Shown here one piece after another: positions 1 through 7,243 of a stretch of 18,135 nucleotides of DNA. Under the pieces are notes generated by a model, which was not told the DNA's origin, did no database searches, and worked only from the letters and a program-made list of their open reading frames with translations. Position 1 is the stretch's first letter. Every line of letters begins with the position of its first letter. Source of the stretch: Nitrososphaerota archaeon (GTDB taxonomy: Archaea > Thermoproteota > Nitrososphaeria_A > Caldarchaeales > Caldarchaeaceae); assembly GCA_038891515.1 (NCBI GenBank), contig JAWAEB010000029.1, forward strand, positions 1-18,135. Reading direction: 5' to 3'. A program made the position numbers and the translations under genes.

Positions 1-227
1 GCAACAAACCTAAACAACTGGGCTGGCCTAACGTATACTCTATCAACCATAAGCTAGAGCTACGCTAGGCTGGCCAAAAACATTATGAATCAAGCTTTTA
101 GAAGATAGTTTTCGGGATTCTTCTGTTTTCTATGTATTGTGAATTTTATTGGCTTGTAGAACTTTGCCCTAATGTGTGCCCTGATGTAATTAGGCAGGTT
201 TTAGAATTACGAAGCAGTTCAGCCCTT

Positions 228-518
228 TCAGGGTTTAAATGGTTTGTATGATTTTAGATCTGTTAGTAATATTTTGCCTTTGTTGTTTAATGCTATGACT
301 GGTCGGGACATGCTCTTGTCTGCAAGCTCTATAAGGGGAGCTACTTCACCACGGCTCACATGCTTCCTATTCTTACACTCAACCAAGATGGCTACACCTT
401 TCTTCAGACATACTAGGTCTACTGGCTTTGATGCGGCGGCCCTTATGACAATCCAGCCCCTCCTCCTAAACAGGTCCCTCACCCTATACTCGAACCTCCT
501 ACCCTTCCGATAGCTCAC
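228..518 (-). CDS. hjc: Miniature Holliday-junction-resolvase-like nuclease (Hjc family, PD-(D/E)xK), 96 aa
   Basis: ORF track 228..518(-), GTG start. The translation shows the Hjc catalytic order: KGRRFEYRV (Glu), ASKPVDLVC (Asp), ILVECKNRK (E-x-K). It lies 43 nt downstream of the helicase gene on the same strand. It is shorter than the usual Hjc of roughly 120-145 aa. Confidence 0.7.
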   Translation of the reverse strand: MSYRKGRRFEYRVRDLFRRRGWIVIRAAASKPVDLVCLKKGVAILVECKNRKHVSRGEVAPLIELADKSMSRPVIALNNKGKILLTDLKSYKPFKP

Positions 519-540
519 GAAAGTTAATTGGCAAGTGATT

Positions 541-548
541 GTATTAAA
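541..548 (-). promoter_or_regulatory. Putative TATA box (TTTAATAC on minus strand) for the hjc-like gene
   Basis: An A/T-rich octamer is centred about 27 nt upstream of the GTG start. This fits a leaderless archaeal transcript. The call rests on sequence pattern only. Confidence 0.35.
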
Positions 549-561
549 GGCTTCAGCAAGA

Positions 562-2904
562 TTAGCTTATTATGTCATGTACTGAAACATATGTCACACC
601 GCCGATCTTTGTAATGGTTGTCATGGCCTTGAACACTTTTCCCTTTTTTATGTTGTCTCTTGGGCCGTTGTATCTTGACGGCTCCAGCCTTGCCCTGAAC
701 TTTTCATCCACCAACACAATGGCGAATCCCGGGTATATCTTTTCAATCGTTATCGTATGAATCTTCCCATGTGGTTGTTTCGACATGCTTCTCACCACTG
801 CTTTAGCCACTATCCTACCGCCGATACGTGTTACCAACCCGTCTCTGTAGAGGTGTTTTATTGCAGCTCTAATTGTGTCCGGTTTCTGGTCTGGATCCTC
901 CAGTATCTCCGCCTCAGATAGTCCTTTCAACCCCTGTTTGAGAAGCTTCTTATACAGGTATTTTGCGTAGTAGTATACTTCTCTGCTGCTGGGCCCCATC
1001 CTTGGAGGCCTGACCTCCTGCGGTTCCTCTGCCGATAGCTCTTCTAAAGAAGTCTCCGGCGATGGCTCGGCTTCTTCACCCCTCTCAGGTATCTCTATGA
1101 TATCTCCCTTCTCCTCAGGAATTTTTATTATTTCTGGCTCTCTTCTCCACGGCCATGGTTCTCCTGGAGTCGGTTTAGGCCCCTTCCTTGATATGGTGAA
1201 CTCTTTCAGCTTCTCCGAAACTTTCTCAAGTATTGTGGACATCTTCCTAGCACGTTTATACCCCTCCCTGAAGTAATATTCATCAACTGTGTTTCGCGTC
1301 ACTAGGATTGTCACCTTTCCGGGTAGTATTCTGCCTGTCCTGCCCCTCCTCTGGATGTATCTTATGCCCGAGACAGCAGGCTCGTAGAAGATCACATAAC
1401 CACATTCTGGTATGTCTAAACCCTCTTCACCTATAGATGTGGCCACCAGTGTGGTTATGTCGCCGTCCCTGAATTTTTGGAGTATTTTTCTCTGCTCCTC
1501 CTGGGTCATCCTGGGCCCCCCCTTACCCTCAGCTTTTCCAACAAATAGTTCAGCGGATATGTCTGCTTGTTTAAGCCTTTCAACTATGATCTCTGCGGTA
1601 TGTCTTATGTTGGCGAAGACCATAACCCTGTCGGTTGGCTTCTGTGTTAAATGCTGTGAGACAAGTTCGACAAGTCTTTCAAGTTTTGGATGATCTTTCT
1701 CCACTCTGCCTGCCTCAGTTAAGAGATTTTGAAACTCGTATGTTCTTGAGAGCATTTTATGACTTTTAAGCTCTGACCTAGAAACCTCCTCAAGGTATTT
1801 TCTTAGTGAGCGTATGTGCTGACTCTCCACAAGCTCCATAGCATGGTATAGGCTGAGTATCTCTGAGCACAGGGCCATGTAGTGCATGTTAAGTCCTTTG
1901 ATGCCTGACTCTATCTCAGCCCTAAGCCTTGCCATGAACTGGACTATAGCCCTCCTGTTGACAGCTTCTAAAGGTGTTTTGAACAAACCTGATCCATACA
2001 GCTTTTTTACCCGTTCTTCAATCATCTTCTTTACCTTCTGCCTCACATTCTCATACTCCTCTGGAAGGGCGACCCTCTCCCATGAAATGGAAATGCCCGG
2101 TATATGCCCCGCAACATCTTCATCGTCCTCACCCCTCCAAACTATTTTCTCAATCATAAGGTTTCTGCATACCTCCATTACTTTTTCCTCTTCGCTTCCG
2201 GGGCTTGCTGTTAGGGCAAGTATTAGAGGCCATGGACACCTCCTGACATATTCTGAAGCAATCTTGGTGTACGCGTATCTGCTCCTGCTTCTATGACATT
2301 CATCGAAGACGAGTAGTGAATATTCCTCAAGCCTTACAAGACCCCTCCTGATATCGTTCCAAACTGTCTGGGGTGTTGCGAAGAATATTTTTACTCCGCT
2401 GCTCCACAACCTCCCCCTCCCAGATGTTTCACCTGTTACTACCGCTGTCGTATCCCCTGTGCCGATGATTAGATGTTTTAGAAAGCTTTCCCTATGTTGT
2501 AGTGTCAACGGTTTTGTGGGAGCCATGACAAGTATCTTCGAGCCAGGATGTCGGTGAAGTAGCTCGGCAGCAACAAGTTCAGCTATCACCGTTTTTCCCA
2601 AAGCTGTCGGCAGGACGACAAGCGTATTGCCTTCCAAAGCCTCTTCAACCAAAACCCTCTGGTAGGCTCTGTCCTCAACAACTCCCTCCCTGACCATTGG
2701 ATGTTCGACATATTTCTTAGGGGTTGTCTGTTGTAGGTTCGGTGTTATTAGCCCTTCTGAGAGCTTGACTGCGTATATATGTTTGCACTCCTTTCTCCTA
2801 AACATGTAGTCGGGACATGTGCATGTAAACCCTGCTCCAGTAAATGTTACTGTGTATCTTACTGAAGGCTCTCTCTGGCTTGGAACTGTCCAAGTAACAG
2901 GCAT
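562..2904 (-). CDS. SWIM zinc-finger + Hef/FANCM/Mph1-type (COG1111-like) DEXH helicase with a non-nuclease C-terminal extension, 780 aa
   Basis: N-terminal CxCx(n)CxH signature (FTCTCPDYMFRRKECKHIY). SF2 motifs I PTALGKT, II FDECH and III LTASP. A long helical insertion sits between the two RecA lobes. Motifs IV VMVFANIR, V LVATSIGEEGLDIP and VI YIQRRGRTGR follow. The C-terminal ~220 aa are an acidic linker, a winged-helix-like segment and a beta-rich tail. No ERCC4 nuclease motif was recognised. Confidence 0.85.
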   Translation of the reverse strand: MPVTWTVPSQREPSVRYTVTFTGAGFTCTCPDYMFRRKECKHIYAVKLSEGLITPNLQQTTPKKYVEHPMVREGVVEDRAYQRVLVEEALEGNTLVVLPTALGKTVIAELVAAELLHRHPGSKILVMAPTKPLTLQHRESFLKHLIIGTGDTTAVVTGETSGRGRLWSSGVKIFFATPQTVWNDIRRGLVRLEEYSLLVFDECHRSRSRYAYTKIASEYVRRCPWPLILALTASPGSEEEKVMEVCRNLMIEKIVWRGEDDEDVAGHIPGISISWERVALPEEYENVRQKVKKMIEERVKKLYGSGLFKTPLEAVNRRAIVQFMARLRAEIESGIKGLNMHYMALCSEILSLYHAMELVESQHIRSLRKYLEEVSRSELKSHKMLSRTYEFQNLLTEAGRVEKDHPKLERLVELVSQHLTQKPTDRVMVFANIRHTAEIIVERLKQADISAELFVGKAEGKGGPRMTQEEQRKILQKFRDGDITTLVATSIGEEGLDIPECGYVIFYEPAVSGIRYIQRRGRTGRILPGKVTILVTRNTVDEYYFREGYKRARKMSTILEKVSEKLKEFTISRKGPKPTPGEPWPWRREPEIIKIPEEKGDIIEIPERGEEAEPSPETSLEELSAEEPQEVRPPRMGPSSREVYYYAKYLYKKLLKQGLKGLSEAEILEDPDQKPDTIRAAIKHLYRDGLVTRIGGRIVAKAVVRSMSKQPHGKIHTITIEKIYPGFAIVLVDEKFRARLEPSRYNGPRDNIKKGKVFKAMTTITKIGGVTYVSVHDIIS

Positions 2905-2906
2905 GC

Positions 2907-3095
2907 CTATATCTCTATCGTCTCCTTACTACTTGTCCTACTATCCCTCTTAGGGTTAACCTTCTCAGGCAATTTCATCAGCGTATCTAGTTTATCGTCG
3001 TTTATTATCTTCCTAAAATCCTCCAAATCTACATACCCTCTCAATACAAGTCTTCTCCTCTTCTCTGTCTGTCGAGAAGGATCTACATGGCTCAT
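2907..3095 (-). CDS. Hypothetical 62-aa protein, possibly the 3' part of a frameshifted ~105-aa gene
   Basis: ORF track. Its stop lies 2 nt before the helicase ATG. The sequence looks protein-like (RRRLVLRGYVDLEDFRKIINDDKLDTLMKLPEKV). AGGAG abuts the ATG with no spacer, so independent initiation is doubtful. Confidence 0.35.
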   Translation of the reverse strand: MSHVDPSRQTEKRRRLVLRGYVDLEDFRKIINDDKLDTLMKLPEKVNPKRDSRTSSKETIEI

Positions 3096-3222
3096 CTCCT
3101 ACCGTTATCCCCGCACCACCCGGAATCTTAACTAGGGAGACGCCCAGTACTGTGGCCCCCCTACTTTCCCAATTCTTGCCATCTCTCAGGAAGGCCTGAA
3201 GCCTGAAAACAACTGTTTCCAT
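3013..3222 (-). CDS. Hypothetical 69-aa protein, first ORF of the helicase operon
   Basis: ORF track. A strong Shine-Dalgarno-like AAGGAGG (plus-strand 3230-3236) lies 7 nt upstream of the ATG. The C-terminal 27 codons overlap the next ORF in another frame and look less protein-like. Confidence 0.4.
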   Translation of the reverse strand: METVVFRLQAFLRDGKNWESRGATVLGVSLVKIPGGAGITVGDEPCRSFSTDREEEKTCIERVCRFGGF

Positions 3223-3391
3223 TTATCTGCCTCCTTATCTACATTATTGAAAGACGTTAATATGTTTTACCGACTAGGGCCGCAATGTTCAGCCATCAAA
3301 TGATCGGGACGCGTCTTAGCAAGCCCGGAATATGCCTTATGTATGTGGGTCTACTGCCAGAGCTCAGAAAGTCTTTCCACAGAGCCGCCCC

Positions 3392-3775
3392 TCATTTTCC
3401 AAGATCAAGGCTCTTCCCTTGTTTTGAGTATGAAGTGTAGGTATGTTCAGTCTTGTTATGATAGGGGAGATGGATATTGTAGCAGATGTCGTGGAACACA
3501 TAGAAACATGGATAGATACCCCAGAATTCAGGGCAAAATTTAGTTAAAACCAAGGAAAAATGTGGGGAGAGGCTTATGAGGTCGGCCATGATGTGGTTCC
3601 GGCATATTATCGTGACGTTTCTCACACCCTCCATACGGGATGCAAGGCCCTTCACCGCCTCAGCGTATGATAGTGCTGTGGGTGCGTAGGGGTCGCGTGG
3701 TGTTATCGTGAGCAGTATGTCACCCTCCCCCCGCTCCTCCATAGCCACGTCAATTGCCCATCCCTTGTACTGCAA
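3392..3775 (-). pseudogene. Truncated, diverged paralog of the 11720..12010 DUF59-like gene
   Basis: Residues AIDVAMEERGEGDILLTITPRDPYAPTALSYAEAVKGLASRMEGVRNVTIICRNHIMADLI align without gaps to the intact copy, with 47 of 61 identical by hand count. The N-terminal ~30 aa of the intact copy are missing. After ADLI the frame reads through into a Cys/Tyr/His/Phe-rich, non-protein-like tail. Homology spans roughly 3584-3765. Confidence 0.55.
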
Positions 3776-3807
3776 GGCTTAAATGTCCTCATGGGGCGGT
3801 ATGGGTT

Positions 3808-5118
3808 ATGAACACGGATGAGGTTCTGGCTCTTCGGGACAGGTATATGGTGAGGGCTTTGGTCCCGAGGGAGCCTATAGTGGTAAAGAGAGCCTATGGA
3901 TTCTATGTGGAGGATCTTGAGGGAAACACCTACATTGACCTGTTCTCCGGCATAAGCACCAACAACTTGGGCCACTGCCATCCGGAGGTTGTCAAAGCCA
4001 TTGTGGAGCAGTCAGGCAGATTCATGCATGTCTCGGGATACTATAATCACAGCCTCGAGGTGGAGCTGGCTAGGACGTTGATAGAGCTTGCTCCCAAGAG
4101 TCTGGCCAAAGTCTTTTTCTGTAACAGCGGAACAGAAGCGGTGGACGGTGCTGTGAAGCTGGCCAAGAAACTGGCTTTCCATGAGGGGAGGCAGGGATCA
4201 AGCGTCATAGCTTTGCAGGGCTCTTTCCACGGGCGACTCTCCCTAACACTAGCCCTCACGGGTCAGAGGAAATACAAGGCTAAGCTGGGCAACTACGCCA
4301 ACTATCCGGGAGTCATCCACGCTCCATGTCCATACCACTACAGGCTTGGAGGTGACATGGCTCCAGACGAGTTTGGGAAGAGATGTGCCGACCAGGTGGG
4401 CGAGCTGATAGACTACTACGTAGCCGGTGACGTAGCTGCTGTTGTTGTGGAGCCCATCCTCGGAGAAGGAGGCATAATCGTCCCACCCGACACATACCTG
4501 CCTAGGCTTGAAAAAATATGCCGGGAGCAGGGTGTGCCTCTCCTCGTGGACGAGGTCCAGACAGGATTTGGAAGGACCGGCCGAATATTTGCCTGTGAGC
4601 ACTGGGGCCTCCAGCCAGAGGCTATGGCAATGGCCAAGGCCCTAGGGGCTGGTCTTCCTCTAGGTGCGATTGCTGTCTCTGAAAGGGTAGACGCTGGACT
4701 GGAGCCGGGCGACCACTTCAACACATTCATGGGGAACCCGGTGTCATGTGCTGCGAGCTTGGCTGGCCTGAACGTGCTCAAAAGGGAGAGGCTGCATGAG
4801 AATGCGGCGAAGCATGGCGAGATCATCATGAGGGTTGTGGGTGAGGCGATGGATGAGATACCGTTCATCGGTGAGGTAAGGGGCCGTGGCCTGATGATAG
4901 GTGTGGAGCTGGTGGAGGACCAGAGGACTAAAAAACCTCATCCACAGCTGGCCGACAAGACGAGAGCAGAGATGAGGAGAAGAGGCTACCTAGTAGGAGT
5001 TGGCGGCCTATACAAAAACGTTCTCCGAATACAGCCACCACTAATTATAAACCGTGAGACAGCCGAGAATTCAGCCCAAGCCCTAGTATCGTCCATCAAG
5101 GAATCAGCCAAAAGTTAA
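3808..5118 (+). CDS. Class-III pyridoxal-phosphate aminotransferase (acetylornithine/LysJ/GABA aminotransferase family)
   Basis: Family motifs seen: GNTYIDLFSG, CNSGTEAVDGAVKLAKK, and DEVQTGFGRTGRIFACEHWGLQPEAMAMAKALGAGLPLGA, which contains the PLP-lysine context. The first in-frame ATG is at 3808. The TTG at 3754 given in the ORF track overlaps the opposite-strand fragment. Confidence 0.9.
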   Translation: MNTDEVLALRDRYMVRALVPREPIVVKRAYGFYVEDLEGNTYIDLFSGISTNNLGHCHPEVVKAIVEQSGRFMHVSGYYNHSLEVELARTLIELAPKSLAKVFFCNSGTEAVDGAVKLAKKLAFHEGRQGSSVIALQGSFHGRLSLTLALTGQRKYKAKLGNYANYPGVIHAPCPYHYRLGGDMAPDEFGKRCADQVGELIDYYVAGDVAAVVVEPILGEGGIIVPPDTYLPRLEKICREQGVPLLVDEVQTGFGRTGRIFACEHWGLQPEAMAMAKALGAGLPLGAIAVSERVDAGLEPGDHFNTFMGNPVSCAASLAGLNVLKRERLHENAAKHGEIIMRVVGEAMDEIPFIGEVRGRGLMIGVELVEDQRTKKPHPQLADKTRAEMRRRGYLVGVGGLYKNVLRIQPPLIINRETAENSAQALVSSIKESAKS

Positions 5119-5226
5119 CGTTGAAGGATGGTGTAACTAAGAACTCAGTATGCCGTGTAGAACCTATAAACTTTCTCTCCCCCAATTCTTGAAATACGTT
5201 TTATCATACCTCGCCATACTATAGAC

Positions 5227-5977
5227 ATGGTTTCCCGCCGCAGCTTTCTGAGGAGCGGAAGCCTAATCTTCGCCCTTGTAACCTCTGCCATAATAGGCTT
5301 AGTTGTATTGACAAGCCTTGTATTTTGGGAGAGAAGAGAGGTGAGTGGCAGAAGACCTGAGGCTGGGCGGATGATATCCTTACCTAGACCGAGGACTGAA
5401 GGGCCGATGTCAGTTGAGCAGGCCCTACAACGCCGAAGGTCAAGGAGAAATTACCGAAATGAGCCTCTCAAGTTGGAGCATGTTTCGCAGCTTCTCTGGG
5501 CTGCTCAAGCGGTTACGGCGCCCCATCTATGGACTGGACTGAGGACAGCTCCTCCGCCGGCGGACTCTACCCGCTCGAGACGTATATAGTCGTGAGAGAG
5601 AACGGTGTTGAAGAGTTGGAGGCCGGCGTCTATCACTACAATCCCCACAAACACGAACTCTCAGCTGTCGTAAAAGGTGACTATAGTAGAGACTTGATGT
5701 CAGCATGTGTGGACCAGGAATGGGTTGGTCAGCGGCTTTTAACATAGTGTTCACGGCCGTGGTTGAGAGGACGAGCGTTAAGTATGGCGGCAGGGCCCTC
5801 CAATACATCTTCCAAGAGTCGGGCCATGCGGCGCAGAACATATACCTACAGGCAGAGGCCCTGGGCTTGGGATGTGTGGTTATTGGGGCCTTCTACGAGG
5901 ATGAGATACGCCTTATTCTTGGGATAAATGAGGCCGAGCTTCCTGTATACGTGATGCCGGTTGGCCGGCCCGCTTAG
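5227..5977 (+). pseudogene. SagB-type nitroreductase-family dehydrogenase with a twin-arginine signal, split over three frames
   Basis: ORFs 5227..5589, 5529..5747 and 5705..5977 together form one protein. It starts with a Tat-like SRRSFLRSG motif and a hydrophobic helix. Family motifs follow: RRSRRNYRNEPL, then SAGGLYPLETYIVV...GVYHYNPHKHEL, then ERTSVKYGGRALQYIFQESGHAAQNIYLQAEALGLGCVVIGAF. The frame changes occur near 5551-5556 and 5727-5735. Confidence 0.75.
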
Positions 5978-6539
5978 CCAGCTGAACATTTACCGAGCTG
6001 TCTTAGTGTTGCTTGTCAGCGTGATAGCTTATTTTATGGCGGTGGGCGTGGGGCCCCTCACTGAAGGGCACGTGGGCGGCCTGATGTCTATGGACCTCAA
6101 AGGAGATGGCTGGCTTGGTTATAGACTAGGGTATGCGGAGGCCGTGCTGCTCTTGGCCGCTCAGGTATATCTGTTCAGGCCAGGGTTCATCTCCAAGCCC
6201 GCCTGGCTGGACATCCACTGCCAGCTCACCACGGTGGGAGGAGTATTGATTCAGGTCCATGCAGGGTTCCCCTATTCGTTCGGCTACTGGACGCTCCCAC
6301 GCATGTATCCGGAGCTGGGAGTCTTTGGCTTAGTGGGCCTTCAGGGTGTGGCATCGTGGCTGGTCCTAGCATTGATAGCCAGCGGGTTCTTCGGAAGATA
6401 CATTTACCGTAAAGCAGCCCAAAGGAGCAGAGCCTTCAGATGGTGGCACAGCGCACACGCCATCACCTCAGGCCTACTCTACGTCACCGGGTTCATACAC
6501 CTTCTACTAGCCGTTCAGCTAAGATACCTCACGGCCTAG
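5961..6539 (+). CDS. Polytopic membrane protein with His residues inside predicted helices (possible haem-b/cytochrome-b-like)
   Basis: ORF track, TTG start overlapping the nitroreductase 3' end by 17 nt. Several hydrophobic segments are present. Conserved-looking His contexts include QVHAGF and RWWHSAHAITSGLLYVTGFIHLLLA. The function is inferred only. Confidence 0.55.
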   Translation: MAGPLSQLNIYRAVLVLLVSVIAYFMAVGVGPLTEGHVGGLMSMDLKGDGWLGYRLGYAEAVLLLAAQVYLFRPGFISKPAWLDIHCQLTTVGGVLIQVHAGFPYSFGYWTLPRMYPELGVFGLVGLQGVASWLVLALIASGFFGRYIYRKAAQRSRAFRWWHSAHAITSGLLYVTGFIHLLLAVQLRYLTA

Positions 6540-6604
6540 ACATCAATAAAGGCTGAGAGGGACGGGCTCTCCCGAGAGTATGGGGTGTATAAAAAATTGG
6601 GAGT

Positions 6605-6778
6605 TTATGGCTTAATGGCTTTCTTCACTTTCTCAAGAACGTCGGGTGGAATTTTCTCTATCTTGTGTGCGTGTTTTGCGTGTGCGCTGAGAATGGTCAT
6701 CAGCTCATCCGTCGTGGAAGCGTTTTTCACTTCAAAGGAGCAGTTGGGCATCACATCCCGGCAATTAAAGCTCGGCAT
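6605..6778 (-). CDS. DUF1059-family small metal-binding protein, 57 aa (below the ORF-track length cutoff)
   Basis: Hand translation of the minus strand gives MPSFNCRDVMPNCSFEVKNASTTDELMTILSAHAKHAHKIEKIPPDVLEKVKKAIKP. This matches the DUF1059 pattern as I recall it: an N-terminal Cys pair (C6 and C13 here), the F-E-V context, and an H-A-x-x-x-H motif. A TTTATTA box lies about 30 nt upstream. The plus-strand ORFs 6585..6803 and 6665..6892 are its antisense shadows. Confidence 0.75.
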   Translation of the reverse strand: MPSFNCRDVMPNCSFEVKNASTTDELMTILSAHAKHAHKIEKIPPDVLEKVKKAIKP

Positions 6779-6858
6779 AGTTTTCTATCTTTTTTGGCGA
6801 TAATAAACTTTTCCCCAAAAATTGAGCCGATTTTTCCGCCACCCCACAACCTCGTGCA

Positions 6859-7219
6859 TCAAAGCTTGACGTTACCTCCGCCCCAGCCCTGAGGCATGTC
6901 TATGATGAGGAAGAAGACATTATTCTCCACGGGAGATATAGTTACATCTGCCTCCCCATCTTCCACATAGTAGGCCACGAGTCTACCATACATCTCGGAT
7001 GTGAACCCAACCTTGACCTAGGTGACAGAAGGGCCTACACTCAGGATGTCGGTTATCTGTAGTAGCCCGTTTTCAGTGAGCTTGATTACCCGCTCCGAGG
7101 CGGCTATCTCCTGGCCGGCGACTATTGGATAGACTGTCAACAGGGCCGCAGCCAACAGTAGTATCCAGAGCCAAGTCCACCGGCAACCAGAATTAGGCGT
7201 TATTAACCTTAAACATCAT
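6859..7219 (-). pseudogene. Disrupted small secreted or membrane-anchored protein gene
   Basis: One minus-strand frame reads ...CRWTWLWILLLAAALLTVYPIVAGQEIAASERVIKLTENGLLQITDILSVGPSVT-TAG-VKVGFTSEMYGRLVAYYVEDGEADVTISPVENNVFFLIIDMPQGWGGGNVKL-stop. The internal TAG is at 7018-7020. The only ATGs upstream (7219/7216, MMFKVNNA) are in another frame. Confidence 0.4.
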
Positions 7220-7243
7220 ATACCGCTGAACAACAATGAGAGG

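Noticed and set aside
3754-3807. TTG start at 3754 for the aminotransferase
   Set aside because: The extension (MPIPCTARLKCPHGAVWV) is not family-like and overlaps the opposite-strand gene fragment. The first in-frame ATG at 3808 gives a typical N-terminus.
562-5118. Numerous track ORFs inside or antisense to the helicase and aminotransferase genes (e.g. 1412..1693, 1886..2296, 4416..4868, 4249..4602)
   Set aside because: These are shadow ORFs overlapping strongly supported genes. They have low-complexity or biased composition and no motifs. The same applies to ORFs within cdc48 (e.g. 17208..17645), atpC, the reductase, and 15445..15690.
6585-6892. Plus-strand ORFs 6585..6803 and 6665..6892
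   Set aside because: They are antisense shadows of the DUF1059 gene and adjacent spacer. Their products are Cys/Phe-rich and not protein-like.
7018-7020. In-frame TAG as pyrrolysine or stop-codon reassignment; the same question applies to TGA 7874-7876 and TAG 7886-7888
   Set aside because: TAG and TGA terminate clearly intact genes in this window, for example the atpH-like gene, the 162-aa ORF and the LAGLIDADG ORF. The interrupted genes also carry frameshifts, so pseudogenisation is the simpler reading.
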